A stretch of 50,581 nucleotides of DNA, filler included, from Circinaria calcarea (lineage: Eukaryota): the NCBI GenBank assembly GCA_051942165.1. It is 3 parts of 3 records of this genome, joined end to end, with 100 filler letters (N's around TTAATTAATTAA, not from the genome) between each part and the next. Parts side by side here need not be neighbours in the genome. Positions count along the whole stretch, not along the records: positions 33,799 to 50,581 come from JAVECS010000302.1; 2 more parts are not named here. One strand, 5' to 3'. Of the stretch, positions 34,765-47,426 are shown one piece after another. The notes under the pieces are model-generated. The model saw only the letters and a list, made by a program, of their open reading frames with translations, was not told the DNA's origin and ran no database searches. The number at the start of each line of letters is the position of its first letter. Position 1 is the stretch's first letter. A program made the position numbers and the translations under genes.

Positions 34765-35289
34765 GGGGGCGAAAGTATAGGCGCTTTTTCGGGGGATATT
34801 TCCTTAATCTCCGCAAGGATTAAGCGAAGGCGGTAGCTAGGATAACTGTACCATAATAACTTATTAGTAGATACTATTTTTGTTTATATATATCCCGAGT
34901 TCTCGTAGGGAATATCGAGTGTTATTTTCGATTAAGTAATTCTCTCTTGATTACTACACTGCCCCAATGCATGAAATTCTATCGCATTCGTTGAGTTTGC
35001 CGTGAAGAGATTCGATTGGCTGTAGATATGTGTTTAGCAGATGCTCCGCAGTGTATCATATAAATTATATTCTTTCTTAAGGTGCTACTTAATGCCTGAA
35101 CCATATTGGGAGTAATGATTGGAAAAGTTTAAAAGGTGGAAAGGAAATTCCCCACGAGAACTCAGGATACGCGTAAATAAAAATAGTATTTATTAGCGAA
35201 CTATTATGGTAACTTAGCGCCTTCGCTTAACCTTTGTAGAGATGCCCCCAAAAAAACCCCCCTGAAAAGGCGCCTATACTTTCACCCCC
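34765..35289. mobile_element. Non-autonomous fold-back element with ~145-bp degenerate TIRs; superfamily uncertain (Mutator-like?)
   Basis: 34765-34913 aligns to the reverse complement of 35147-35289 (GGGGGYGAAAGTATAGGCGC...TTAAGCGAAGGCG...GAGTTCTCGTRGGGAAT). No clean TSD. Confidence 0.8.
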
Positions 35290-35837
35290 GCGACCTTTTC
35301 GTTTTCGGCCCCACGAAGCCAAGTTTCGTCGTTTCTCACGAGATTGACATTGCCAACGCACCCGAGGCGTATAAGAAGTTCAATAAACATGGACGAATAG
35401 GAATTTGATGCTCTATCCCAACCAACCTCTATGAAAGCATTTCTGTTAATCTCTCCCGTAAATACACGAACCTCCCACTGGCTAGATACCGGCAGTCCGT
35501 ATCATGCTCTATATTAATGACGGATAGTCGTAGCGATTCATAGTGTCTAAATTCCTTGAGCTTGGAAACGAGGGCGATATCACCAGCAGGTCCCCACTCC
35601 CGTACACACACTAGATTGGTAGCTCAGCTGCAGAGCATGGTGGTCGAGGTACCCCAGCAACCTCAAGGTTGCGAAGATCGTCTTATATTTAAGCAGGCGG
35701 CCAAGGGAGACTACCTACTTATATATGATTACAGTTATTAGTACGGATTTTAATACCCCTTGTAAACTCGACAATAATTATATAAAAGCCTAGTAGAAAA
35801 TAGATGAGCTGTTGAACAGACCTTCCGATACACATTA

Positions 35838-36463
35838 CCAGTCTGGACCACCAACTCGCATTCACTAGCGACTCGCAACGCCCAAACCTTAAATCTCGTA
35901 GAAACCCCACATAATTCTTTCATGCACACCTAATTTCAGCACAACCATAAGGAAAACCATGGCACAAATCGAGGCGGAAACTTGGCCTATAGAGGACAGA
36001 ATCAAATATAAGATCAATTTAGTTAGCGAAAGCACGTACTGAAGTCTAAAATCAGCTGTAATAAGCGGAGGCTTATTAAATTAAATAAAGCACAGCGGTC
36101 AGCAGAATTTTAGGCTAAAAGATACCTAAATGCATTGAAAGCAATTGGAAAGGAAGCAGCGAAGGCTGGCATAGCACTACAACAGCGTATGAATTGGCAG
36201 CGCAGCGAAATATATGCAGTTGGCAGCGAAGTGGCAAAACGTGCAATTACTTGGGAGGAGCGCATTGAGCATGGCGTCTACACCATAGAAAACTATAAAC
36301 TACGTTTTTACAGTGATGTAGAGCTATAGACTTAATTCACATCATGTGTTATCTTCATCACATAATAAATCATTACGAGTTGTGATATTTGTAGGTTTAT
36401 TTCAAGTTTTTAGATTTTCGAGTTGCGAGTCGCTAGTGAATGCGAGTTGGTGGTCCAGACTGG
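35838..36463 (+). mobile_element. Tc1/mariner (pogo/Fot1-like) internally deleted element, 626 bp
   Basis: Perfect 42-bp TIRs (35838-35879, 36422-36463), TA on both flanks. Remnant from ATG 35959 (EDRIKYKINLVSESTY*SLKSAVISGG) resembles a transposase N-terminal HTH. Confidence 0.9.
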
Positions 36464-37163
36464 TACTCCTTGTTTGTCATTTCAAAGTTTGATTTGGGCA
36501 AGAGAAAACCCGCGCTAACATCCGTCTGCCCTGCAACCACAGTAATAGAGGGATACACAGCTTGGGCGCTTAGGAATAGCCGGCGTATCTGCGGGCCCTT
36601 GGCTGCCGGTTGAGTGGCGCCTACGAAATAATGAGTAGCTTCATTGCTGTCTCGTTCCGAGGCACGGGAGCCATCGACATAGCTCACGATCCGAACTAAA
36701 TGACCAACCTGGATCGGAGGCAATAGAACCACGGTTGATGTTCCGCCTGAAGGTCACCAGCGAAAATGCTCATACCTTCGTTGCACTGCCTCTGGCGACA
36801 GTTCGACTTTGGCTACAGAGGCCCAGAAACTTCAAAGCCAGCGGGATTGTCTTCAGCTGACCTCAAATCCACTTACGGAAGTAGGCAAGATTCGGGAGAG
36901 CCTCGACTCGACGTTCTCAAGTGGAGTCCCCCGCGCGGAATGAGAAAGCGGGTTGGTATTACTTTGTCCTTCCCACGTTTCCAGTATGCGCCGAAGTCGG
37001 TTGTACCATGTGCACAAGTAAAGTTTAAGTCGGATGCAACTTAAATGGAAGCCTCTTGTACTTATTAATTCACCTGCGTTCCCTTCATCTCTAGAATGAT
37101 TTCTGTCTAAGCGTGCTTCGCCTCCAGCTCTGATTCCCGCGCTGCCTTCGTGCTCGGCGTATC

Positions 37164-38486
37164 ATGCAGTTACCTCCTCCCAAAGTCTTTTTATCCTGGC
37201 CGACACCAAATTATATTGATCCTGTTGATCACGGCGCAGGATTGCTGATCGTGAATTTGGTCCTGACTCCGCTGACGATTTCCTTTGTCGGACTACGACT
37301 CTACACACGGATATGCATCTCTAGGAGCGCTGGCTTCGATGATGCTCTAATCGTGCTGGCTCTGGTAAGTGGCTTATCCCTCAGCAACGAGATATGGCTG
37401 TGGCTTTCTGACGGTTGGTTATAGATCTTGGTCATTATCCTAGCTGTAATTACAATCGTGGCCGACAATAGATATGGTTGGACCCGTCATATTTGGGATG
37501 TTCATCCTCAACAGTTGACTAAATTGCTCAAAATCCACATGGCATATCGGGTTATGTTCATTAGCGCTTCTAGCACTACAAAAATCTCAATGCTATTGCT
37601 ATACCGGCGGATCGTGTCCGGCGGTGGGCTGCGCCTCCTCTACAATCTGATAATCTCTATTGCAATTATTATTATCGCGGTAGAAGGCACAACAAACTGT
37701 CTTCTCACTATCTTCCAGTGCAGGTCAGTCAGATCTTTTTTCGCATCACACAGGTAGAATGATATGATGACATACCTTTAGACCGGTCCATCAATATTGG
37801 GAATTGACTGCCAAGTCCAATTGTCTAAACGAAGATAAACTAATTAGTGCAGCCAGCATTATTAGCATCATTAATGATTTCTTTGTCGTGTCATTGCCGA
37901 TTCCAATCTTGTGGAAGATGCAAATGCCGATAAAACGAAGGATTTTGGTAATTACCTTATTCGCTATGGGGTTCTTGATATGTGCGGCAGGAATAGTTAA
38001 AGCTGCCTACATACATAGGATGGGAAAGACACAGGACAAAACATGGGAATCTTATCCTATTCTGATATGCTGTGCCTTGGAGCTCGACGTTGGCATTGTC
38101 TGCCATCACCCCTGTGATGAACCATTGCTGTTCTAACCGATACACTATAGATTTGCGCCTCGATCCCAACAATCAACCCGTTCTTCAACAAGTACCTTCC
38201 TATGCTATGGGGCTCACGTCAGAAAGTAGTCGGACCGGATGAGGAAGACTTACCACCTGAGACACAAAGCGGTGCTGCTGCTACTTCTGATAAGACCCTC
38301 AACTCGACAGCATTTGATACCGAGATCGTTTCCCTGTCGAATTTTCTGGCCCAAACCTCTGTGGAACCTTGGATGTCGAGACGGTACAGCAAAGACTCTA
38401 TAACTGGTGCTAGCGCGGCCAGCCCCCGCCCTCTTACCGTGGAATATTTGAGTCGGTGGCTATGTCCAAGGGGGCGAGTCCCATGA
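37164..38486 (+). CDS. PTH11-like integral membrane protein (fungal rhodopsin domain, no CFEM), 4 exons
   Basis: SWPTPNYIDP, LRLYTR...GFDD, YGWTRHIWDV, TKISMLLLYRRI, DFFVVSLPIPILW, ELDVGIICASIP. Exons 37164-37364, 37425-37723, 37782-38097, 38151-38486. Confidence 0.9.
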
Positions 38487-40214
38487 CACCTTCTATTCTG
38501 AGAGGGAGTGACAGTTTGCCGAGGCCGTAATGTTTTTGGAATTGCTGAGTAGGGATACTATTACCCCTTCTAGCTGTGCACGAATCATTGTGAGCGTCTT
38601 CAAGGCATGGTCGTATTAGCATAATTATAGATGCCATTCAACCTGCTACTTGTCCCTGACACTCTTCATTTCATGTGCTATTTCCTCTTCCCGTTTCGAT
38701 ATAAGAAAACTATATATATGATGTGCTTGATCTTACCTAGAGTCTTCTTCCTACCTGCGAGCGTGAGGAGATACACTCCACGCATTGGTTTTTTGATATA
38801 AGGTTAATATCTGGCAAGAGACTCTTGTAGAAACCCAGCCTAGCAGTTCTTTTCGACCCCATCAAAACTGAAGCAGATAAATCATAAATATAAGTCTTTA
38901 TATCAATCCATTGACTCAATGGCAACTGAATTCATTATGCCTTTCCAATCACTCTTAAAGGCATCGGCTAAGGTCAACATCAAGGAAGCTTGGAGCCCTT
39001 CTCCGGAAGGAACGAACTTTATGAATAACACAGCACGGTCTGGTAACGCAGTGTCCTCCGGCGCTATAACGCCGACAGTACTCTACGGTAATTCTAGCGG
39101 TAAACTCGAGCGACAAAAACCCTGTCTTGGCTTAAACCAAGACGGCTCGTTTGAGCAAAGAGAGTGAAAGCGAGGTGGACCATTACATCGACGAGGAAGA
39201 TGGTACATATTGGGTCGGAGTCGATGGTGTCTCGGGGAACCACACGACAGCAATTGGGCAACTTCTTCGAAGGTTGCTGCGGGTAGTAAAGGGCAGCCAC
39301 TCTTAGTCAGGTTCACGTGCGATGAGCAAAATCGAAATATGAATGTCCGATCGGAGTAAGGCCTGCTAGCCTGTTCTAGGGATTGACTGAGATGGAAATT
39401 TGGAGTGATCAGCACCCAAGAATCGTAGTATAGCTAGCCAACGGCTGGCTACTCTGTACGATCGAGAGATTCGAACAAAACTCGGACGGATTATACGCCA
39501 GGACTGCTGCAACGTCAGCGGGATGAAGTACCAAACGCCTTGAACATGAAGACAACGTCGAGAGGGCCTGGTCCCCCCAAAATAGACTCGGGAAGTCAGC
39601 GAAGTTGAAACACTTCGTTCTCAAGAAGCGCTTGGCTTGGCGGCAATAGCGAGCAGGGTTAAGAAACGGACTTGGCTCACGCCTACACTCTATATCGAAC
39701 GAAATATCTTCAAGGTGCCCGCAAAAACCCACAAATGATGGACCTGCGGTATGATAACCCACAAGGCGATTAATTGCCCCAAGAAGAAGGTTTCTAAGTC
39801 CGCTTTCACTTTCCCGCAAACTCCTCATAGCGCCCCTTCGCCCTCCTTAACTCCACTTCAACTCTTTCAACCATCGTTTTTATGGGCCTAAGGATTGACT
39901 CCCTCCAGGAACTCGTCTCTTCCCTCGCTTCAAGCTCCGTTCTCTTTTCTCTGCCCGGTTTATCAACCTCTCTGCAAGGGTTTTCCCCCGCCGCATCAAT
40001 TGTGAGTTTATTCCATATTTATTATATGGAAAAAAATAACTTTCGTTCCAACAGATAGCCATATTATATAAACTTATATAAATATAGTATCGTGTTAATC
40101 TGGTGTATATATAGCAGCCAATAACGCCGCTTCCTAAACCCAAGGCTAAGATGAATAGATCAATCATTCGGGATATAAAAACTTATACTTAAAAAGCGCA
40201 CGAATATCGAATCC

Positions 40215-40365
40215 AGAAGAGAAGAGGAGCTGAAGGAAGCAGGAAGGAAAGAGGAGGAAAGGGGAGGAAAGGGAAAAGGAGTAAGAAGAGGAAGGATGAG
40301 AGAAGGGCGGAAAAGGAAAGAAGAGAAGGGAGAGGGAGGGGGAAGATAAGAAGAAGGGAGAAGAT
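40215..40365 (+). repeat. Polypurine (GA-rich) low-complexity tract
   Basis: ~150 bp almost exclusively G/A on the + strand. Confidence 0.8.
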
Positions 40366-41919
40366 GGGTTGGCGATATGGAAGGTAGCTCAGCAGTTGGC
40401 GCAATCAGACGTGGATATGAACGACTACGCTGCTAAAAGGGGTAAGGAAAGAGAATGTCTAGGAAACATCAATAGTCGCCCGAGTACCGAGCGGAGGAGA
40501 AAGGGGAAGGCAGAAGGGAGGAAGAAGGAGGGAGGAGGGAAGGAAGATGAAGATTCAGGTCGAGTTTCGGTGCGGGAGGACGCCGACAGCCTATTCGCCA
40601 CGGCAATAACAGTCCAGAAAAACCAGCTTGATCCTCTGACTCCAAATTCTCGTGCGCCATCCACTTGGCGCTGATCAACTTGGTGGAACCTGTCAGCTTG
40701 GGACGTGATGCCGAGATGGGAGAGTCGCAGCACGGTCTTTAATCGCGTCGGTCATATTACACCGTTTCATGGGATCTAGAAGCCCTCGTGGAGGAAATTG
40801 GAAGGAGGGATACTCCAGGCTGAGTTCGGACCAGATTATCAGAAGGGGAACTTTCGGTCCAAGGTGGTCCAAGGCGGGAAGGGTTTTACTCTAGTGTGAG
40901 GGCACGTTTAATGAAGGATGCAAACGCCCAATCGGCTGACTACATAGCTTTTCTAGGAGATAGAAACGCCCGCCCACTTTTATGAGCAAAGGCAACGCAC
41001 CAAGGTCGAGGGGCGGGTGAGCAGGATTTGTGGCTGAGGGTAACGGTATGGTACTGGAGGACCCGGCATATAGACCATCATAGAAATAGCTCGTCGAATC
41101 ACATAGAAGTTCTGTTCCAAAGACTCGATCGATCCCTAGGCACATGTAGCGGGAACGGAGTACCCCTTGGACTCTGATTGTCTTTCATCGCCAAAGACTG
41201 TTGCACAGCGGCCCCGGGTAGGCCTTGCTATCCTATAGCAAGTTCACTTTCCCGGTCGCATCACGGTACGCCTTGTCGCTCTGTGATGGCGGTCATTGCT
41301 CCCATTGTACAGTCACTCCAAGTCACTTGCAAAAAAGGATAATCTACGATTCTTGAGACCTGTGATTAACTCTGGGGAATGTGCAAATCTTAGAAGAGGA
41401 TCCTACTTCAGTGACACTCTCTCTCCTCTACAAAGGGTTCTGGGGGCTGTTGCCATTGGCGAAACTAGCGAGCATGAGTTTGGCCTGAATCGAAAAGATT
41501 GGGGCATTTGGCATCTCTGCAAATATGTGTTATGTTGGGGAGGACGGCATCAGTATCCTAAGCATGATATTGAAAGGCATGGGTGCCATATAGAGTACCC
41601 AGATAAGCATAATGGGATTATAAGTTAGAAACAGGCATGTATACGCTTGTTGTCCGTTTAGGCACTGCTTCCAGCTGCCATAGCTGCTGTTAGCCCGATA
41701 GAGCCCGCTTTTACTTTCACCGTCCATTCCTTGCCGCTATTTTTCTAGAGGAGTGTATGACATAGAGAAGAAAGGAAGAGGAGAGAAACACAAACATGAG
41801 CTCGTATGATAAATAACAACTCAACAAACGCAATCTACAGCGTGCCCACGCCTGATACGCAGTTGACTGCATACCCGCGGCTTCACATCCGCTACTGATT
41901 TCTAGACAAGATGTGGCGC

Positions 41920-43902
41920 TTACGGGAGTGCCATGAAGACCTCGAGCAGTTTGTCATAAATTGGTATTCCCAACCCTGTCACGGGGTCCCATCCTGGAAC
42001 GGCGGGGAGACCCTCTGTGCGGCATCCCGGATTGCTGCCCTCAACAATCTAGCCGGAAGTTAGCACCATATCAAGACCCAAATAAGCATAGACTTTAATG
42101 ACAGGGAAAACAAAACCCACATCGTTGAAGGCATCTGGATTGGCGTAAAGGGCTGGGTTGAGGAAGCCAACCACAGTCTTGTTAGCCTCTAGGTGTTTCT
42201 CGTTGATCAGAGTGATGATTGACGCAAAAAGAGGCGCGCTGGCGCTAGTGCCACTGGTGAGACGCTGCTTATTGTTGATGTAGGTGCGGATACTAGCTCT
42301 ATTAGCGGAGACATCTGAGTAGGCCCTGCCGGTAGCATTGAACTGCGTGATATTATATGCTGGTGGATTACTCGTTAGGAAATTGGACACGGCATTGTTT
42401 CGGTAGGCTGGCCTTCCGAAGCTACAGCTAAAACCGACGCTGGACGTGATATTGCTACGATTTTTTGTGGCGGCGACTTCCGGATCATTGATCGTATTTC
42501 CTGGGCCAAGCTGTTTAAGTTAGAGTCGGAGATGTGTGATAAGAGTTGTGTAAATTACCATTGTAGGGCCAACTGAAGTGACGTATGGGTAGCTCGAAGG
42601 AGAGCCCACGGAGAAGCTACCATCAGAATCACAACTCCCATCCTTGTCAGCCACTCCCCCATCCCCTGACGCAGCGAGGACCGAGACGACCTGCATACCT
42701 AGCTTTCCCCACTCGTTACAAACCTATGTTTGATGGGCAGTATTAGTTGTGGGAGAGTCTCAAGAAATGATATCACATTAGTTGGCTGGTATATTTCGCA
42801 CTCATACTCGTGGTCATAAAATGTTATGTCCAAGGCATCAAGGACAGACCTGTCTGGACCGTTGGTTTGGAAAAAAGTTATACCCGTTAGATAAACCAAA
42901 GGATAGGCTACTTCAAGGTCGAGTATCGCCTCCCCGTTTCCTGGCCCTGGATAAGTCGGGCCTATTGCTCTGGCTACTAGACTGAGGGTTGGATGCGTGC
43001 CATTTGGTATGTTTGTGGCGTAATGTGAAAAGTAAGCATCCAGGTCTTCTTGGTCGTAACTTTGGCGATATTGGATGATGCCAAGATTGTTGCCCACTTG
43101 TACGTCAGTAGCATTGTTCGGGGGGATTGTATATAGGGCTATGGCTCACAGCGTCAGCAAATGGGCTAGAGATATAGCTTCATGGATAAATACACCCTTA
43201 ATACAATCCGGTTTCATGACACTCGCAAAATATGCAAGGGGAGTTAAACTGGAGTCTATGGATGTACTCGCCTCTAAATCCAAACTGGCGGGGGCTTCTA
43301 GTACAGCTTGCTTGGGAGAGGAAGCCCTGGGAAGCTGCCTGGGAGTGATTTCCTTCTGGCTTTCGGGAAAAGCAATGGTTGGGGTAATGAAGTCAATGTG
43401 CGGATGGAGTAATGCAGGTAATCTATACTCGTCACAGCCGATATGATAGCCACGGCTCTCGCTAAGCTGGTACAGGTTGTACTCGCTCTGCAGCAGTCCT
43501 TCGGTTTCCGCGGCTTGGACTTCAAACCAGATCCAGCCGCGCTTAGCGTTGAGCGATTGTCTATCCTCGTTGATCCGTGCCTGCTTGAGCCAAGCACGAA
43601 CGGATTCGATCGACTCGTCGGACGGCGAGAAAAGTCGATGATCTGCTCGGCAGTCCAGTGCTTTCCTAGCTGGGTGAACTCGGGTCTGAGATTTGTTTTA
43701 GGTACTGAGGCAGTAGATGAAGATTTCGTTGTGCAAGACCGATCCGCACAGATGATCTGGCATCAGGCGCTGCTCTCGAGCTTTTTCCCCAATGAACAGG
43801 GACTGATTCGTGTCTTTCATGAATAATATGGAGGCCCGGTGTCGGACTGCTAACAACAGTCCCGATTGCGACGGTAATAGCAAGTTGAGTGGGAATGTGC
43901 AT
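41920..43902 (-). pseudogene. S53 sedolisin / tripeptidyl-peptidase pseudogene
   Basis: Signal peptide, pro-domain (ISDPSSPS.GKHWT), GEAILD, ASGDGG, GTSASAP, GWDPVTGLG. Frameshifts near 43667, 43632, ~42760 and ~42635, plus an in-frame TAG at ~42725. Confidence 0.9.
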
Positions 43903-45966
43903 GGTAGAAGGCGAATATGAGTAACAAGTGAAGAGGAGCATGAGAAGCTGGACGATGCCGTTGGAAAGAGCCCGGGGCAGAAGCCATGGTCTTACTTTAT
44001 AAGCTTCATACTGACATGAGCCATACGACAGGAAACAGTGGTCCCTGCACTACTTGGACGACCAGTAAGTAGAGCAAATGCGAGTCACATCGATCGAATC
44101 AGGAGAGAAGACGGCGGGGAAGAAAGAGCTGGATATGCAATGTCCATCTACATGCACATTCCTCTCAATATGATTGTGGTGATGCTGCTGAACCAATAGC
44201 TGTCGTGCAGCTACATCAAAGCCGAATAAGCAGAGCAGAATCTACCTCGGTAATAGCAGGACGCTGACGAAGAGTCTTCTTCGCTGCGAGCTCAACCGGA
44301 GAGCTAATTGATTTATAGACGTTGCCGGGAAATCAAAGCCGGAGAAAAGTGCTCGTAGCTCTTTCAGTTAAGATGGCCTTACCGGCAAAGGGGGGTGTGG
44401 GATGTAATGTGGACGAATACCACCTGGGACATATCTCTGGTCATAAACGTCACGGCTGATAGAGATTGTCTTGCACGATAGAGATTGGCTTAGTCAACAG
44501 AGGCTAGAATAGCTCGGTAGAGCCCACTGGGTAGATCCGACTAAGCAACGAGAAATAGCTCAAATATGCAAACCAACAAATGAATAATGAGATCATTGTG
44601 TACAAGTAAGCAGTGTACTGCACAACTGTGGAGAAGTGTAGTCGAGGATAGATGCCAACATTCTGACTGCGACGATTGGATCCACGCTGTATCAGACTCC
44701 CCATCCCCATCCCCAAGCCTGATGCGGTTGAGTACTGCATTTGGTGCTTTCGCTCGTCCGATTTGCCTTTCCAGGAAAGCTAATGTCCGAGTCACGTGTG
44801 TGGTGTTGTGAAGAATTCGCACCATCTATGCGACAGTGACCTGGAGCAACTGCTCTGTAGCTAAGCTATATGGTAGATATAAACTTTTAGAATCTGTAGG
44901 CGTTGCTGGATGGGTGCGAAAGAAGAAAGAATCGGTGCCGGACATTTGCCCGCAGACGGTAAATTCGGAGTCCGGAGTACGGAGTAGCTTGGACCGAATC
45001 AAACATGCCGAGTGAAACTTACCGGCAACCGTAATGTATCGTTCATTGCACCGTAAGATTGATCATAACGAGTATAAGCTAGCAAGGGTTCTGATTACTC
45101 CTAATGCTGCCACGCAAATATGAGAACATGTATCTTTCATTGTTCTCTTATATCACGCCTTAGTTAGAAGCCGTAAGTGTACCTCCCTTCTTTACCATTA
45201 GCACCAAACACGTAGACATCATATCCAATTTCTATCCAAATGTCCTCCCTCGCTCCCACCCAGAACGCACATCCGCAGGCTCATCTCTCTGCAAATCCAT
45301 AACATATGCCCTTGCAGGCTACCCCTTACAAGAGTCCTCTGCCACTTCCTTAGCTGAAAGAAGTTATCGGGATCGGCCTTTGGGGCGAATAGCTTTGACA
45401 ATGAATCTGCATGTTTTCTTGCCATTGTCTTTCTCATGGTTCGCAATCGTACGCTCGCGGAACCATTTCCCAAACCACCTCCTATCTATTTTTCTCTCCT
45501 AGTAACATTCTCCTCCACCTCCAACCGTCTATCACCCGACTCGGTAATTCACCATCTCCGACCCGTCTTCCCTCCGACATACCTACGTCGACACGGACAT
45601 TGATTGTTCCGCTGCCATCGCCCCTCGACCGCTCCTTCTACGGCAATTGCGGGCGGGTTTCCCCCTTCTTCTTTACGAATAGCGGGAACAAGCATCTTAC
45701 CATCATTACTACTGGGAGTATGGACAACTCAGGGGGAGAGGAGTTGAGTTCGGAACATAAATTTTAATGTGCGAGGAGGGGTGGGTTGGTTGCTAAGGGT
45801 GGAGGGAGGGAGGCAACTAGATAAGTTGATTAGAGGGGCTTGCGTTTGTGAGCCGAGAATAGACGAAAGACATGAAGGGACGGGAGAGGTTTTGGGAAGA
45901 ACTAAACTCGTATCATCTAGGACGTTATGGGATTTCGGGGAAGATAACGATACAATGACTTGGACT

Positions 45967-46662
45967 TTATGATGAGGAAAACAGGAAATCCCAATCCTCT
46001 TCTCTGCTAGGATCTCTCCTCCGATATCTCTCCTCCTCTCTCCTCCACTGCCAACTGCCATCGGCCTCGCCACGGATATCAAAACTCTTCGTCGTCCAGA
46101 CTATCTGATCTTCAGGTTTGCAGCTAGCGCAATATTCTGGATCGGTGCTAGTCCCCTCGGCTTTGCCGTACTTCACCAGCTTGCATTGCTTGCAGATCAC
46201 ACCATACTCAAATTCAGTGTCCAGCCTATTGCCGGGCTGGTAAATCCCATCGAGTCCACAATCTAAGCAAAACATGTTAAATGCTGTTGACCGTTTCAGA
46301 ACCTTCTTTGTAAATTTGGAGCGGGGTCGATAGCGAGAACACCGGGCACAGACCACGAGGTTTTCCCTCTTCCTTCGGAAGAATCTGTCCTTTTCCAAGG
46401 CAACGACTAGTTGGATGGTCAGTTCATCGCGGGACGTCGAGGCTTTGAGAGAGTCTAGATCAATCAACCCTCGAAAGAAGCGATTGGTGCAGCGGAGCAC
46501 TTGGAGATTTGGGAAGGGAAGAAATGATAGGATAAGCCAAAGAAGTTCCATGGGTACCCCCAAGAGAGTGGCTTGTTCGCTCATTTTCGGAACGTCTGAT
46601 CTCCTCAATTCGGGAGATCCTAGTCTAGATTTTGCTCGCGGACCTTTGGCAGAGAAAGGCAT
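45967..46662 (-). CDS. F-box protein with Cys-rich C-terminal region
   Basis: LLGVPMELLWLILSFLPFPNLQVLRCTNRFFRGLI (F-box), then four CxxC pairs. The real start may be the internal MSEQ. Confidence 0.8.
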   Translation of the reverse strand: MPFSAKGPRAKSRLGSPELRRSDVPKMSEQATLLGVPMELLWLILSFLPFPNLQVLRCTNRFFRGLIDLDSLKASTSRDELTIQLVVALEKDRFFRRKRENLVVCARCSRYRPRSKFTKKVLKRSTAFNMFCLDCGLDGIYQPGNRLDTEFEYGVICKQCKLVKYGKAEGTSTDPEYCASCKPEDQIVWTTKSFDIRGEADGSWQWRREEERYRRRDPSREEDWDFLFSSS

Positions 46663-47426
46663 TGGGAAAAGGCAACTTTGGAGTTATTCGCAAAGTATAG
46701 CAGAATATCAATCTGCAGAGGTCATGTCCGAGTTTAAAAACTTACTGTGATCTATTCTATGATACCGCAAGCAGCGCAAATAATGGTTCTCAACATCAAA
46801 GGCTGAAAGGAAACGCTTGGCTGACCTTCATCAACCTCTTTCATGCTTGCCAAATCTCCGCCGGAAGTAGCATGAACAATCCTTTCAACTGTACATTCAG
46901 AGCCAACCAAGGCCGCCGGTAGTCCAGCAGTCGAGACTGAACTGGCAATCCAGACTGCAGTGCAGCTACTAATATCAATGGAAATTACGGAGTAGGTACA
47001 GACGGAATTTTGAATTTCCGGCTATGGTACCATAGCTTAGGCGCTAAGCTAGGCTTAATCAAGCACTTTTCGACGTCATGTCGTGTAATTTATTAAAACA
47101 CCACACCAAAAAGCTCGTGATATTAAATACTACTCCTAGCGCTGGACTGGACTGTACTGTTTGGACTACTGGCGGCCCTGGAGCAAACGTGGAGTCTTAA
47201 TGGAGGCTGGACCGCAAGAGCAATAACAGGCCGAGCTATACTCGCAGGAGTGGACCGCCCATGTGTAATGGCGCACCCCGCGGGGTAGTGCCAAGAGGTA
47301 TAGGCAGTACGCGTCATAGGCGTACCAGTGATACTGGACGTACTGGACGTAGGGGACGTAGGGGACGTGGGTTACATCCATTACGTCCACCCCTTTCCGG
47401 ACGTCTTATATAACTATAGAGGATTT

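Noticed and set aside
45160..45760. Protein-like minus-strand fragments (e.g. EDIWIEIGYDVYVFG)
   Set aside because: Could not be joined into a coherent frame or assigned to a family.
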